A stretch of DNA of 64,000 nucleotides from contig NC_043005.1 in NCBI RefSeq assembly GCF_006345805.1, positions 8,742,001 through 8,806,000 on the forward strand, read 5' to 3'. The notes beneath the pieces were generated by a model that was given only the letters and a program-made list of their open reading frames with translations, was not told where the DNA came from and did no database searches. This DNA is from Octopus sinensis (lineage: Eukaryota). Below are positions 1-13,690 of the stretch, in pieces. The position numbers were made by a program, and so were the translations under genes. Within the stretch, counting starts at the first letter, position 1, and each line of letters starts with the position of its first letter.

Positions 1-1411
1 TGTTGGTTAGTAATGGATCATCACAATCTTAAGACTACTTAGTATTACATCTTAGTTTATGGAAGTGATTCTTCTCTTATCTACCGTAATTCTGTGGGAT
101 ATTGCGATCACTGTTTCTAAATTGAAGGAAAGTAGGTTATACGTCTGTAATTTTGTTAAGCTTTGACCTTTCGTTAGTTGGTGTCAGCCTTGTGATATCT
201 TCGCCCCTTCAATATATCTTGTTAAACTTCCACGTAAGCCACTTGTGTGTCCAAATAAAACAAATATATTAATAAGATTGGGATGCTATAAATGATTCCT
301 GTCTTCCTGGTACTTCTATAGTATTTTTGAGACTTGTATTCATAACATCACCCGCAATTATCTTGATGCTTGAATCATTTGCTTTAAAGAAACTCACATG
401 TGGTTATTCTTGGCTTCTTCCTTATCCATCTACAGAATTCTACACTGCATCAATTTCTACTTTACGTTTACTTGTACATAATAAAATCATCTTAATTTAG
501 AATAAAAGTACTTATATTCTTCAAAGAATAATTGTCCTTAACCTCATCGTATTACTTGCTATTTAGCAAACAAATTCGAGTGTACGACATAGTCGAGAGG
601 TCAAGATGAGACGCCGCAGAGCGGCCAGTTAAGTTTCGTTGCTTGGATAAGTTTCGTGCACAGCAATCTACTTAAACTGGAAAGAATCCGTTGTAATTAT
701 AGAAGACAAAGCATAGCTTTAAGCATATGTTATTCACAGACAAGTAGAGATGTAATGAATTGTTGAGTTGTACTTTCTTGAAACATAGATAAAATCTAAA
801 ATATTGTTATCGTGTGAGACTGAAATTAGAACAGCGAAGTACTAAACTGTACATATAAAATAACAAATTCTGATTCCTGTTGGCAAACGTCTCGTGTATG
901 TAATAACGTATTCATAATCAGATATGTGCGTCTTGCTTAATAGATAAAATACAATGAATGGAGTATAATGTGAACACACCACCCGCAGTACTGTGCTTAT
1001 TTCAATCGTTACAACTTCCTGGTATATAAATAGTGAATATTGTCAGCATTTGTATATCATTACACCCATCAATCATTGCCAAACTGATGTCTTCTTTAAT
1101 CTTCTTAAATTTAATATGACTGACATACCTTCACTTATGTTTCCCTGCTTCAATAGACTACTCTCTCGCCAAGTCTTCACTGCCGGAAAGATTCTTATTT
1201 CAGATTAGGAGACGTGGAAGCAAAGGAGTTACATATCGTGTTTTCTTACATTAATATTCACTACGGGTCTGTTGCTTGAATAAAGATGAAATATCTAGAT
1301 TCCTAAATTTTTAACTAGAACTAGCACACGCGTAAACACACGCATATGATAAAGTTGATGATAAAGACGCCGACGATGTTTTTCATGGTTGCAGCTGTGA
1401 TTCTACTTTTT

Positions 1412-1462
1412 TCGTCGTCGTCTTCATCATCATCATCCATCGTCATCACCATCACCATCATT

Positions 1463-1558
<96 letters not shown>

Positions 1559-1574
1559 GTCGTCGTCGTCGTCG

Positions 1575-1628
<54 letters not shown>

Positions 1629-1629
1629 C
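1412..1629. repeat. Compound (ATC)n/(GTC)n microsatellite
   Basis: Direct reading: catcatcat... interrupted by cgtcgtcgt...; explains the poly-M/T/I/V/S ORFs. Confidence 0.97.
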
Positions 1630-3143
1630 TACATCAAAACACCACCATCACCACTGCACAACAACAAAACCAAAAACAAAAGCAAGCACAACATCATTCT
1701 GTGTTTCTTACCGTTATTCAAAATATAAGCAGTACAATATTTATATTTCCATTTTATAATAACTGTCAGTAATATTCATATAATTTTCTCTTGAATATGT
1801 CTAGCCTTTCATAATATATTATGTTATCATAATTATTGCTAGTGATGTGTTCGTTTTTATTATTGATGTTGATATTGTTTTATCGCAAGTCAATCCTTTT
1901 GGAATATATCTCAGATATCCCGTATTTGATATCGAAGGCTTCATTATCTAATATGACATTTCTTTCACAAGCAGTAAGGCGTGTTTCGAAAAAAAGTTCA
2001 CTGCTTTTTGAAACAGAGTATGCAACCACACAACAGAGACAGTACATTGACTCATAATAATATTATTTGCAGATAATTCTCATCACAATATTTAGTTATA
2101 CACATTTTACCTATCGATTTTAAATATATCCGGATAATCTTTGCTAATGCCTTTCAGTTGTCTTTATGCTTTTACTTGCGTCTGTTCGACTGAGCGCATA
2201 ACATGTTTCAAGGTGGGTGGCCTTGTATCAATCTGAGCTTCCATTCAAAAATTTTCGCTCCTTCAGGAAATTACTTTTCAATCCGGTTTAACACCTCAGA
2301 GAAATAATATAGCTTCATTAGCAAACTTAACCACCAACAAGACTGCAATAGACGTTCCGTTCATGCATCTTTGTTTGCGAAGCTAAAGCACGATATGATA
2401 TATACTCATGCGCACAAACAGGCGCCCATGTAGACATCAGACAGACAGGCAGCCAGCCAGCCGGACAAACAAAAACTCACGCACACATACACACACACAC
2501 GCGCAGAAAATTTTAGAAAATAATTGATGGCCGCCAATTACACGAAATTTAAATAATTGCATAGTATACTCAAAGCCCGACACAAATCTTGAATTGCGAA
2601 AATGATTTATCTGAGTGGGAGACTGTAAAGACAATTCTGAGTGACTATCAAGGAAATGGGGAGATGACTTCAAGAAATGTTATATTCTGTTAAGAACGTA
2701 GTAGTTTACAGTATAGCGCCACCTTCAGATTTCACCCTGTGCAATCCAATAGTAGTCTTATACTTACTTCCAGTTTTGCGTTCGGGCATCTGTCATGTAT
2801 GGATAGACATTCAGTCCGTATGTTCTCATTCTCGGCTTAAGAACACCCCCCACTGTCTGTCGTGGCCAACGGTCCTTCAGCAACAACACTCCCTCCATAA
2901 TAAACTCAGTCACTACTACTAAATTCAGGACACGACAGACAGGTAGGACATTCTTGAAGCCGAGAATATGAACTTACGGAGGCAATATTCACATATCGCC
3001 TGATGAGGAACATCTAGATCTCATAATTCGGGGAAACATTTGCATAATCAAGTACCTGCACGCCTGGAGAACCACGTTGCCGGGAAACAATTGTAGTGAC
3101 TTACAAAGTAAATATCTAGCCGTGCCCATTCTTGTTGACTAAG

Positions 3144-3145
<2 letters not shown>

Positions 3146-3211
<66 letters not shown>

Positions 3212-3347
3212 TGTGTGTGTCTGTGTCTGTGTCTGTGTCTGTGTGTGTCTGTGTGTGCATGTGTGTGTATGTGTGTGAGTATGTATGTGCGTGTATGTGT
3301 GTGTGTGAGTGAGTATGTGTGCTTGCATGTGTGTGTGAGTGTGTATG
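3146..3347. repeat. (TA)n-(TG)n compound microsatellite
   Basis: Direct reading. Confidence 0.95.
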
Positions 3348-3482
3348 TGGCATCTTCAATGTAGCACCCATTCAATTTTCAAAATAAATATAGCTGACCA
3401 TTTATTGCAATAAGGATCAAACAGGCTTACCCTAGAATGTGAATTATCTGTAGGAACTAACTTTTAAGTTGTAGAACCGCTG

Positions 3483-3617
3483 GTTCCACCAAGGTCGACT
3501 TCTTCATTCATTCTTTCGTGGTCGATCAAATAAGTACCAGTTGAGCACTGGAGTCGATGTAATCGGCTTACCTGCTCCCTCAAAATTGCTGGCATTGTGC
3601 TAAAATTTTAAACCATT
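3483..3617 (+). mobile_element. Degenerate 3' part of SINE family C
   Basis: aaggtcgact...gtcgatcaaataagtaccagttgagcactggagtcgatgtaatc matches the body of the copies at 12623 and 43011. Confidence 0.7.
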
Positions 3618-4942
3618 TTGTACAACCGTTGCATGAATTTCTATAAATTTCGTCAATTGATTGGAAGAAAGAAACATTGAAAGCTAAAGAGGAATGCTGA
3701 TATATCTGTGTATAAACAACGCTGTCTATAAATGACAAAAGCATCATTGTTTTAAATATGTATACCATGAACAAAAAATATGGAACTACTCTAGAATCTC
3801 AAAGATACTTAAGAATCATAAAAAATTGACAACTTCCATACATTGAGAATTCAAGATGTTTAATTTGTTTTGACACATTCGCTTCTTTTAAATTGGAAGC
3901 TGGCATGAGTGTCACAACACCCACTTGTATTTAATGAACCTCTGCTTTCATGTGTATGATATAAATATATATTTGCTGAAGTGTATTGACAAAATGTCAA
4001 CAAATTCTCAACATTTTATTATGCGAGTGGAAATTTAAATTCCTTCAGAAAATTGATAATTGTCCAAGTTTTTCTTGCAATCACCGTTTTCCGCTACAGG
4101 TCAGGCAACTGATGTTTTCCGACAATACCGTGTTTCATTTAAATAAGATTCTTACAAAATATAAATAGCCGGAAGACAATAAGGTAAGAAAGGAAACATT
4201 CTTTGTACATTAATTATCTTCTGTTGAAACGTTGCACACCTGCTGTGTGTGATCATTATATAAAAGGTAAAGAAATCAATCACAAACAATACATCTATTT
4301 TAAGCTTATTTAGGACTTTCAGCCTACGTTCTGTGGTTCAAAAGAGGGTATTTTCCAAAGGCAGATATCACGACCTATTTCACTTTGTATATGCACTTGC
4401 TATGAATATAAGCTCCTATCCGTTGCCTAGTTAATACAAAATTTACATATATATGACAGATATATTTATATATGTCTGTCTTGCGTGTGTGTGTGCATGT
4501 ATATATCTATCTGTCTATCTGTCTGTCTGTGTATCTGTCTATATATCTATCTACCTATCTATTTATTTATCTATCTATTTATTTATCTATCTATCAATTA
4601 TATTATCTGGCAGCTTCAGGAAACGAAAACAAAATACATTACATTGTCCATACTGAGACACGCGAGTTCCTACAACGAGAGTCCCTGCCAGTTATGCTCC
4701 GAGGAGTCACTCTCAATATTGAGAGCACATTATGAAAAAATTCATTGAACAATTGCCCATATGCCCACATACAACTAAATACACATTTACATAGTGCAAT
4801 CTCTATCATTTGATATATACATGGCGCCCACAACACTTGATACACCTGAACTTGAGGAACTATATTCTAATAACTTGCATTTGACATATGATCTTGCCGT
4901 CTAGATCCACATATGTATATGTAAATATGTACAGATATACAT

Positions 4943-4945
4943 GTG

Positions 4946-5022
<77 letters not shown>

Positions 5023-5250
5023 GTGAATGTAGTTTATGCACATCCACAAATTAGCACGCCTGTCGATCAAATTTTAGGAGGAAATTCGTCATGACCCTAG
5101 CTGTTTTTCATCAAATTATTTTCCGCCGAGGCACCAGCGAATAGCGGTAAAAGTAATTTTGAACCGTAACTTCTAACAATTTTCAAGTCGGAGAAATACT
5201 TTATTTACAAATATGAGTTAAGTCCCCTTCTAGCGAGTTAAGTCTCTTCT

Positions 5251-5306
<56 letters not shown>
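4943..5306. repeat. (TA)n(TG)n run (4943-5020) and (GA)n run (5253-5306)
   Basis: Direct reading. Confidence 0.9.
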
Positions 5307-5309
<3 letters not shown>

Positions 5310-5402
5310 CAGATTTTTAAAATTTCTTTCTTTTTGTGAGTGATTGAGAGGCAAAAAGAGACAGGGGTTGTTATGCATGTATGTATGTGTGAATGGCTTC
5401 AG

Positions 5403-5440
<38 letters not shown>

Positions 5441-5540
5441 AGACACACACACGTACATGTATGCGTACAAAACACATGTATGCAATCTGTATGTGTGTGT
5501 GTTGCCCGAGACAGGCTCTTTCGCAACCGATCAGCTATTA

Positions 5541-5794
5541 TTTTGTAAACAATGTTTCGAAACTGTTCATGTTTTCGAAAGGAGAGATCAGACTCTCACA
5601 TCTCTGTGGGAGAAGGTAGGACTCTCTATTCCGCTTACAAAACTCACGTCCAAGTGCCAAATTTGCATTTTGTAAACAATGTTTCGAAACTGTTCGTGTT
5701 TTCGAAAGGAGAACGCTGACTGTCACATCTCTGTGAGAGAAGGTTTGCCTCTCTACTCCTCTTACAAAACTTACGTCCGGGTGCTAAATTTGCT
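5541..5794. repeat. Two-copy 127-bp tandem repeat
   Basis: ttttgtaaacaatgtttcgaaactgttc... starts at 5541 and again at 5668; the copies are diverged but collinear. Confidence 0.9.
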
Positions 5795-5889
5795 TCAAAT
5801 GATGGTATTACTCGGGTAGGGGTGGTGGTGGGACAGGGGCAGTGGTAAGGGCGTACAAAAACCATGTATGCAATAGGTGTTGCCCATAT

Positions 5890-6614
5890 ATATATATATA
5901 CTTAGTTGTGATCTGAACATAACCGCTTCTCACACAGAGGATCGGGGGCCATTTCGGGCGTTCTGTTTTCCTTGCTGGAAGAGTTTCCAACCCATGGGCA
6001 AAGGGGGTTACATGATGGGGGTAGTGTTTTCAAATGGGTTGACATATGCCACCTGATCATCTCTGCCGATCAAACTCCCAACCCATGCGTTCCCGTCGCG
6101 ACACTGATTCTGCAGAACTGGGTTGGGTATGAAAACCAACTTTGAAGTATAAATATAGATGTTTTTGAATCAGCTATGTTGTGTTTGGTTAAGTCTTATT
6201 TGAAGTGAAAAATCAATAAACTGATTCCTTATGGTGTTTTCTATTTAATCAGGATTTTAAAAATCGATAAACCGATTCCTTATAGGACTTCCCACTAAAA
6301 TTGTCTACACCCCATTTTCAACCATAACTTTTACCAATTTTGATGTATTTTGTTCAAACGTGATTACTTAGGACTCATGGGATCTTTGAATGCTTTAAGT
6401 TCTCAAAAAACGAAAAAACAAAATCGATGAGTTGAAAAAATCGATAAACCAATTTCTTATAGGATCTCCCAATCAAATTGTCTGCCACTCATTTTCCGCC
6501 AACGGATTTCGCTCAAATTTGACGTCGATGTTACTTAGTTTGGTTTGAAATAAAGAGCTTGATTAGCTTAGTAATCCTAACTTAATCCCGAGCAAAGCCG
6601 GGCTATACTGCTAG
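5890..6614 (+). mobile_element. Non-autonomous Helitron-type element (3' end clear, 5' boundary uncertain, possibly as far left as about 5050)
   Basis: Ends cccgagcaaagccggg-ctatactg-CTAG|T (subterminal hairpin plus CTAG); 27/28 nt identical to the end of the element at 53395-53792; internal repeated aaaaatcgataaacc(g/a)att(c/t)cttatagga motif. Confidence 0.6.
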
Positions 6615-6750
6615 TTTTCTCTAAAGGAGAATGTATTTTCCAGGTTCATACTTGAAACTTTTTGCGTTTCAGTAATATTTCTCTGATTTTACTCATTCTC
6701 GAATTAAATCGATAAGCGGTACGTAAGCCGACTCAAGAAATCTCTAGTGA

Positions 6751-6801
6751 GATTTACCTGAAGAGACTGAGAACAAATCGAAACGTGTTGTACCCAATAA
6801 A
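6751..6801 (+). ncRNA. Hammerhead-like motif (degenerate), probably a PLE terminal-repeat remnant
   Basis: CTGAAGA (6758-6764)...TC GAAA C GTGTT GTA, followed by AATAAA; stem II weak and no local stem I partner. Confidence 0.3.
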
Positions 6802-7258
6802 GTTTATTACACATTCCATCTCCTATTTTGTTAATACTGTTATCCCAACCGCCATTATCACGTTCCTGCAGTAAATCTACGGATTTACAGGTAATCAAAA
6901 CTGTGACGATCCTTTATTCATCATCCATTTATATATTTCATACAATTTCCCTATTATATATATATATGTGTATGTGCCAGTGTGTGTATATGTATGTGTG
7001 TGCTTGTGTAAGTTAGTTCCGAATTAGTTTACTCAAAATCTCCTCCGCCCTCCAAATACGGAAATGTGTTACTAGAATTAATGAACATGGATTGTACGGC
7101 TGCTGATCGGAGATATTCTCTGTTTGGTTCGCTGTTTCCATTAATGTCAATAAATTTCTCTTGGGTTAAATTTTCCAGCTACCTGAAATATTCAGGTATT
7201 CGTATTCTTATCACGAATAAATCAAACTCGTGAGACCTTAGAATTCCTCCTCTAATGT

Positions 7259-7314
<56 letters not shown>

Positions 7315-7322
7315 TATAATAA

Positions 7323-7365
<43 letters not shown>

Positions 7366-7434
7366 TTAATAATAATAATAATAATAGTAATATTAATAAT
7401 AATAATAATAATGATAATAATAATAGTAATAGTA

Positions 7435-7506
<72 letters not shown>

Positions 7507-7527
7507 GTAATAATAATAGTAATAATA

Positions 7528-7575
<48 letters not shown>

Positions 7576-7613
7576 GTAATAATAATAGTAATAATAATAA
7601 TAATAATAGTAAC

Positions 7614-7647
<34 letters not shown>

Positions 7648-7656
7648 GTAATAATA

Positions 7657-7695
<39 letters not shown>

Positions 7696-7716
7696 GTAAT
7701 AATAATAATAATAATA

Positions 7717-7747
<31 letters not shown>

Positions 7748-7755
7748 TGATGATG

Positions 7756-7797
<42 letters not shown>

Positions 7798-7800
7798 TTC

Positions 7801-7855
<55 letters not shown>
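7259..7855. repeat. Long (TAA)n microsatellite with TAG/TGA variants
   Basis: Direct reading, about 600 bp. Confidence 0.98.
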
Positions 7856-7856
<1 letters not shown>

Positions 7857-10800
7857 GCGATGATGCTTAAATCTCTGTCCAGTGGATGCTTGCTGGAGAT
7901 AATAGGATACGGAGAGAAAATCCCGCTTCTATTTGACGAGTTAAGAAACAAAAATCTTACAAAAGTTTTATTAAACTGAATGATTGCTCTATTACTCGAG
8001 AGTAATCCATAATATTCGTATATAATATGTTTATTATTTCATAAGATGTAGTAGGAAGCTGGCAGAATTGTAGCATGTCGGGCAAAAAAAAAATTGCAGC
8101 ATTTTTTGTGGCTCTATGCTTTCTGATTTCATACATTCTGAAGAAGACACTGATTTCATCCATTGCGTGTCAATAGAATAATGCCAGTTGAAGACAGGTT
8201 TTGTTGCAATCAAGTTTATTCTCCCCTTCAAATTGCTGCCCTTGTGTCCAAATTAGAAATAATTATTTCATATGTAAATTGTGTACTACAACGATGTTGA
8301 ATAAGCTATTTACCTATACGGAAAAGTTACCTATGGTTTGAGACATGAATATACGAAAGACTTAATAGTTTCTAAAGAGAAATTTAATTACAATATGTTG
8401 TATGTCTCTGAATTAATTACTCATTACCGTGGAACAGTACCACAGAATTTCCCTGTTTATTTAATCGATTACAATTCTCTCAGCGCATAAATAGAATGGG
8501 GGAGGAATCAATTAAAATAATCTTTTCAGCGAGATTTGAACTCAGGATATACAGCACGGATCAAAAGATTGATTAGGTAATTGGTTCTGAAGTGAATCGC
8601 TTAACCACAGAATTGTCAATAGGAATACTGTGAATTGGCAGAGAGGTCAGAGCGTTGGCACTAGAATTTTGCACTCAAATTTCATTGAGGCTTCGATTGA
8701 CTAAAGTACTGGACTTGGTATCATCAACTATGCGCCCAGCTCTAAATTGGGGATCCTGTACCTGTAATTGAAACGATTTTAATTTATTAATGAACAATAA
8801 TTTTTCAAACTTATTAGTGAACCGTGTTTACCAAATCCAAACCACGTTATAATGTTGAAATCCAAAGTGCTTAGGATACACTGAATAGTTTCACTTTGCG
8901 TTATAATTCTCTCTCCTTTGCCTTATCTTAGTACATCTGTCAACTTGTGAACCACCATTGTAAATTTAGACTTAATACCTAAGTGCAGAACAGAGAGCGA
9001 GACGTATAAATGTTTCGTATATTGTGATGAATAAACAGAATAGAAGAAATAAAATATGGTGAAAGAAAGCAGAAATGGAAATTTTTGCGGCCATAGAAAG
9101 AAAATGTATCCATCCATTCGATGAAATCCTGACCTGACAACTCACTTATCATGTTTAACGGATCAATAGTTTTAAATTGCTCAAAATACCTTTGCTACGT
9201 TATCTCAGACAGGCAGCGGAAGTTTTCATGTTACAAATATTTTTCTTTGTTTTGATCATTATTTTTTCTGTCTTCACCTGAGAATGTATAGCACATCGTT
9301 TTCACTATTCTAACTTTCTTCCATTCCTTAATTCTTACATATTCATTTCTTTTCCTTCTTTTTCCTCTGTTGGTTCTTCTTCACATTTTCTTCTTAATTA
9401 TATAACTTATCAAATATATTCAGTATATAATCAGATCAATACTATTAACATACGACCTGACAAGCAGTTATGAGGTTTCCAGTATGTTTATAATACTTGC
9501 TTTTACTTCTTTTCTTATTCTCGACTTTGTAAATAAAACACACAGCAGTGAAGGAAATACAGTCAAGGAAATACAGTCACAAAACCGCATATTATTAATT
9601 TCAAGTGATATCTCCGGTGGAGAGTGACATTGAGATGGAAAGAACGCAGAATACATACAGGTCGAAGTTCCTTACTATATTATAGTACAAAATATACGTA
9701 TAGAGTTAAGTCAATCCTATATGATACTGAGCTAACAAAAAGTCTATTGATATATTCTATATTACGGTACAGTATTGACCCCAAAAGACAGATTCACGAT
9801 TCCCTGACTTGCAATAGTCAAAAGAATGAATGCGCTTGCTCAGGTTAGGCGATAAATACGAATAACAGTTAGGTGACACGAAGAGAGGAGAGCATTTATA
9901 GTAATAGGAAGATTACAGAAAAGGGTTTTGATAACATTAGGTACAATTTCTAAGATTCAGGCTCATTATATTCAATTGATAATCACTAAAAGACCGGAGG
10001 ACAGGATTCTTGACAAAGGTCTTAAACGTTAATGGGAAAGGTGAATGAGAGGACCCAAAATAAGGGGTGAGATCTTGATATCATGTTCTGACTTCTAAGA
10101 TAAGGTTAATTTATATTATATTCGTTTTTATTCATCAAATGGCAATACGATGTGACTTCTAAGTTAAGGTCATTCTGTCTATTTCTATTTTTATTTTATT
10201 CGTCAAATAGTTTTCCGACCCATTTCAGGCCAAGGTGAATAGGGAAGGTGGGTTTTAAATAAGGTGGGAGATAAACGGTTAAAGATAAAGGAGGAAGGAA
10301 GCTTAAATATCAGAGCTAATTATGCATGGTAACAAAACTTAACAGGCGAAATAAAGTAAACTGACAACAGTAAGGGAATAAAATAGAATAAGAAAAAATG
10401 AACGGCCTCCTACACCAGATAAATAATTAGATAAAGGAAGAGATATACAATAAAAATAAAACGTACAAGAACAAACGGGTAAAGGTAATACAAACGACAA
10501 ATAGTGAATATATAATAAAAACTATAACATAAAATAGTAATTAAATAGTTAAATAGATATAAGAGAATAATAAAAAATATATAGTTATTTCTTACATAAT
10601 ATATACAAGATGTACATAATAAATCCTATATTGTAAATTACAAATTAACAATTATAAATAAGAATATAAATATGTTTTGTATTACTCATATTAGTGATAT
10701 AAGAGGTCAAAATATTATTGTAAATTTAGAAAGGTTTAAAACCAATAAAATATATTTCAGAATATATACCATGAAAGGATTGAGTGAGAAAGGCAGAATA

Positions 10801-10949
10801 TATAATATCATACAATAATATAACATAACGTAACAAATGCAGAAATAATTTAGCATTTACAGATCAATGTATGAAATTAGGACTAGGATCGTCACGTAAT
10901 CGAGGGTACACAGAACAAAATGTTTAGTAACAATTATTATGGGTATAAA

Positions 10950-11960
10950 TAGATCTTCATAAATGTTCATTAGTATCAATCCTGTGTGTTTTCATCAAGT
11001 CATCACGTTGCTTAATATCGCTAGAACCACGTGCAAACTTATGTTCAGATTTATCATCAGTTAGCTGCTTATTTGCTAATTTATTACTATATGTGGTCTT
11101 ATCAGCTATGGGGCAAGCACAGTTCTTTGTTTGTGACCTTGAAGCCGGATTCAGACTAGCAGAGTTATAATAGTTGGCATATTGAGCAAATGCATCCACA
11201 TTAGCACAGAATGGCGTAATCGTATCAGATTTGCTTTTTGTTTTACCAATGATTTTATTACACAGGTGGAATGATTGGATTATATATTATCATAGGTAAT
11301 AATTTCATCAGGCCGCCTATATTGGTAGTGTAAACCAGATTTAAGGTCTAGGGTTACATCTAAGAAATTAACCACCCTCGTATTGTATTCAAAAGTTAAT
11401 TCAAGCTTGTAATTTCTAAAAATATTTCCTGAGTTTTTTGCGTGTCCTTTCTAAGACTACTTTACTATTATTACAGATAACAAATAAGGCGTCATCCCTG
11501 TACAAACCCCCTCGAAGATCAGTGAACATACACTTGAGACAGTGTAGGATGTAGATACCAATAAGATCTCTGACCTGGACCGAGTCGCTATGTCCCATGG
11601 CAATATCAAAATTGCTTGGCGTGTCGGGTCTCGTTCACAGTTTATCAATTTTATCTCTAGTTATAGAAGAAAGATTTTTAGCAAAACCTAAGGCTTTATT
11701 AAGAAATATGGGAGATATACTAGAATAATACGCATTAATATCGAATTGTAGAAAGCAATACTTACATTTATTATCTAAAGAGGTAAACTAATATATGACC
11801 TCACTTGTTTTGTATCATAAAGTGTATAGTAGGAATTAGCTGAGGTATAATCCTATCAAGTATAACATTACTTAAATAAACCGATCTAGTAAGGCCTATG
11901 AGTCGAACTGCTGTGCTATCAAAAAAGATCTGTTTGTGGTTCTTTAAGTTTAATCTAGAA
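10950..11960 (-). mobile_element. Decayed Penelope-like element reverse transcriptase fragment (may extend about 9950-12350)
   Basis: Minus-strand translation gives VRLIGLTRS..ILDRI, FLQFDINAYYSSIS..NKALGFAK, MGHSDSVQVRDLIGIYIL..GLYRDDALF, LDVTLDLKSG..SNH; these match the PLE RT pattern FDI..FYPSI / MG..DGAE.CELVG / GLYRDDGL / FLDVTLDL; stops and frameshifts present. Confidence 0.8.
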
Positions 11961-12622
11961 TTTCAGGTCTTGATTTGTTCAGTTCGGTTCAACGGTTTTA
12001 GTTTATTCAAGATTTTATGTCTCGGAGTTGATATTAGTGAGCTTGTATTTACTAGCGGTCTTATAATTAGTATTTAGCGCTTCGAGTATTAACATTAGTC
12101 GGAACCTGCTATTAGTGGAGATCTGGAGTCTATTAAGTGAAGTATAATTTGTGTAGCGTGTGTTCCTAAATACAGCATTGAGACGCATTATATACTCAAT
12201 CGCGTGCAGTTAATCGTATATACAACTGGAATAATAATCTGTCTGTACTATATATACCACTAATGAATCTTAGGTCTATAGAAGGGGATTGGTGTATAAT
12301 GTTTAAAATGAAATGGGGCTGCCTAGATTATTTACTTATTCAAGATTTCTGTTATTTCTGATTTAATATAAAACATCTCTTTCCTTATTCCATTATGTGT
12401 CAAATAGTACTAGCACCCGAAGCTGGACCATCAGCAAGGTCGATGAGCGTAGCTTCGCAGGTTTTAGTTTCATTGTGCATGATTATTATTAACTTAACAT
12501 TTTCTGATTGCTACGCAGAACATTTTTCTATTCACGATATTGCCTGGTGTCTGTATTCAGCAGGTAATGTTCGCCTGGCTTGAACGACACTTCTTAGATG
12601 TAATTAATATATTACCATATTA

Positions 12623-12840
12623 AGGCGGCGAGCTGGCAGAATCGTTAGCACACAACGGGCGAGATGCTTAGCGGCGTTTAGTCTGCCTTTACGTTCTTAG
12701 TTCAAATTCCGCTGATAGCTACTTTACCTTTCGTACTCGGAGTCGTTAAAATAACTTTCAGTTCAGAGGTGGGGTCGATGTTATCGACTTTCTCTTTCGT
12801 CCGAAATTGCTGGTCCTGCGCTAAAATTTGTAACCGATAT
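12623..12840 (+). mobile_element. SINE family C monomer (tRNA-derived head)
   Basis: ggcggcgagctggcagaatcgttag head with A box, agttcaaattcc B box, tail aaattgctggtcctgcgctaaaatttg. Confidence 0.8.
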
Positions 12841-13377
12841 ATTGCAATATCCACTATAGGATGGGCCAAGTTCCAGAAAGACAAGCGTCCTTTGTTTTAA
12901 TCACGAATAAAAAAAATAAAAAACAAAATTATAGTAGAAATGCTTCAATGCCGAAAACAGTTTTTTTGCTACATTTAATAACGTAGCCATATATATTTAC
13001 CGCAGATCTCACTTGAATAGGTTCACCTTCAAGATGGACAAGAATTCTTTAACAAGTCAGCTTCTACGTGACATGTGGTTTTGAGTCTAGCTTTAGAATA
13101 TTCTTGCAGCAGTTTTGAATTCTTTCCTCAAATACTTTCATTTCTATATTAGTTTCCATACCAATTCATTTCGCTGCTGATATTATGTAGATCTAAAATG
13201 GACATTTTTTCAATTGTTAGTGAAAGAATCTATCGATAACAGGTAAATCCAATGACTAAAAAGCATGTAAAATACTTTTTTTTTTATTTTAATGTCTGCT
13301 TTCAGGGAAAATGGAAAGATTATTTCAATAGAGAACGAAATGTTATACTTCTATTATGCAAAATAATGGTTTATATA

Positions 13378-13415
<38 letters not shown>

Positions 13416-13501
13416 CACAGATACATATGTATGCCTGTGTGTATGTATACATATATAAATATATATATATATCTATATCTATGTACATGTATATATGTAT
13501 A

Positions 13502-13536
<35 letters not shown>

Positions 13537-13544
13537 ATATATAA

Positions 13545-13690
13545 TAAATATTAGGGAATAAATCCAAATTTACAGGGAAAAAATCAGATTTAGGATTAAA
13601 TCGATTTTATAGTAAAATATTATAAAATATTATTCGAGACAAAACCACTATTTTGCAAAAGAGTGGTTTTGTCTCGAATAATATTTTATA
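13545..13690. mobile_element. (TA)n-associated repeat end (probable PLE terminal repeat) ending in a 70-bp palindrome
   Basis: tccaaa(t/c)ttacagggaaaaa(a/t)tca(g/a)tttag is shared with 33922-33951; palindrome at 13621-13690. PLE assignment is inferred. Confidence 0.55.

Noticed and set aside
1836-2420. Short ORFs and a possible Cys-rich mini-exon (CLYAFTCVCSTERITCFK)
   Set aside because: The resemblance to an LRR N-cap is too weak and the next putative exon has no LRR pattern.
3000-3050. CTGATGA...GAAAC hammerhead candidate
   Set aside because: Stem II does not close onto GAAA, and there is no NUH triplet or stem I.
4620-4750. SPCQLCSEES as a LINE zinc knuckle, and a 16-bp palindrome at 4710-4725
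   Set aside because: The His/Cys spacing is incomplete, and a single short palindrome is compatible with chance.
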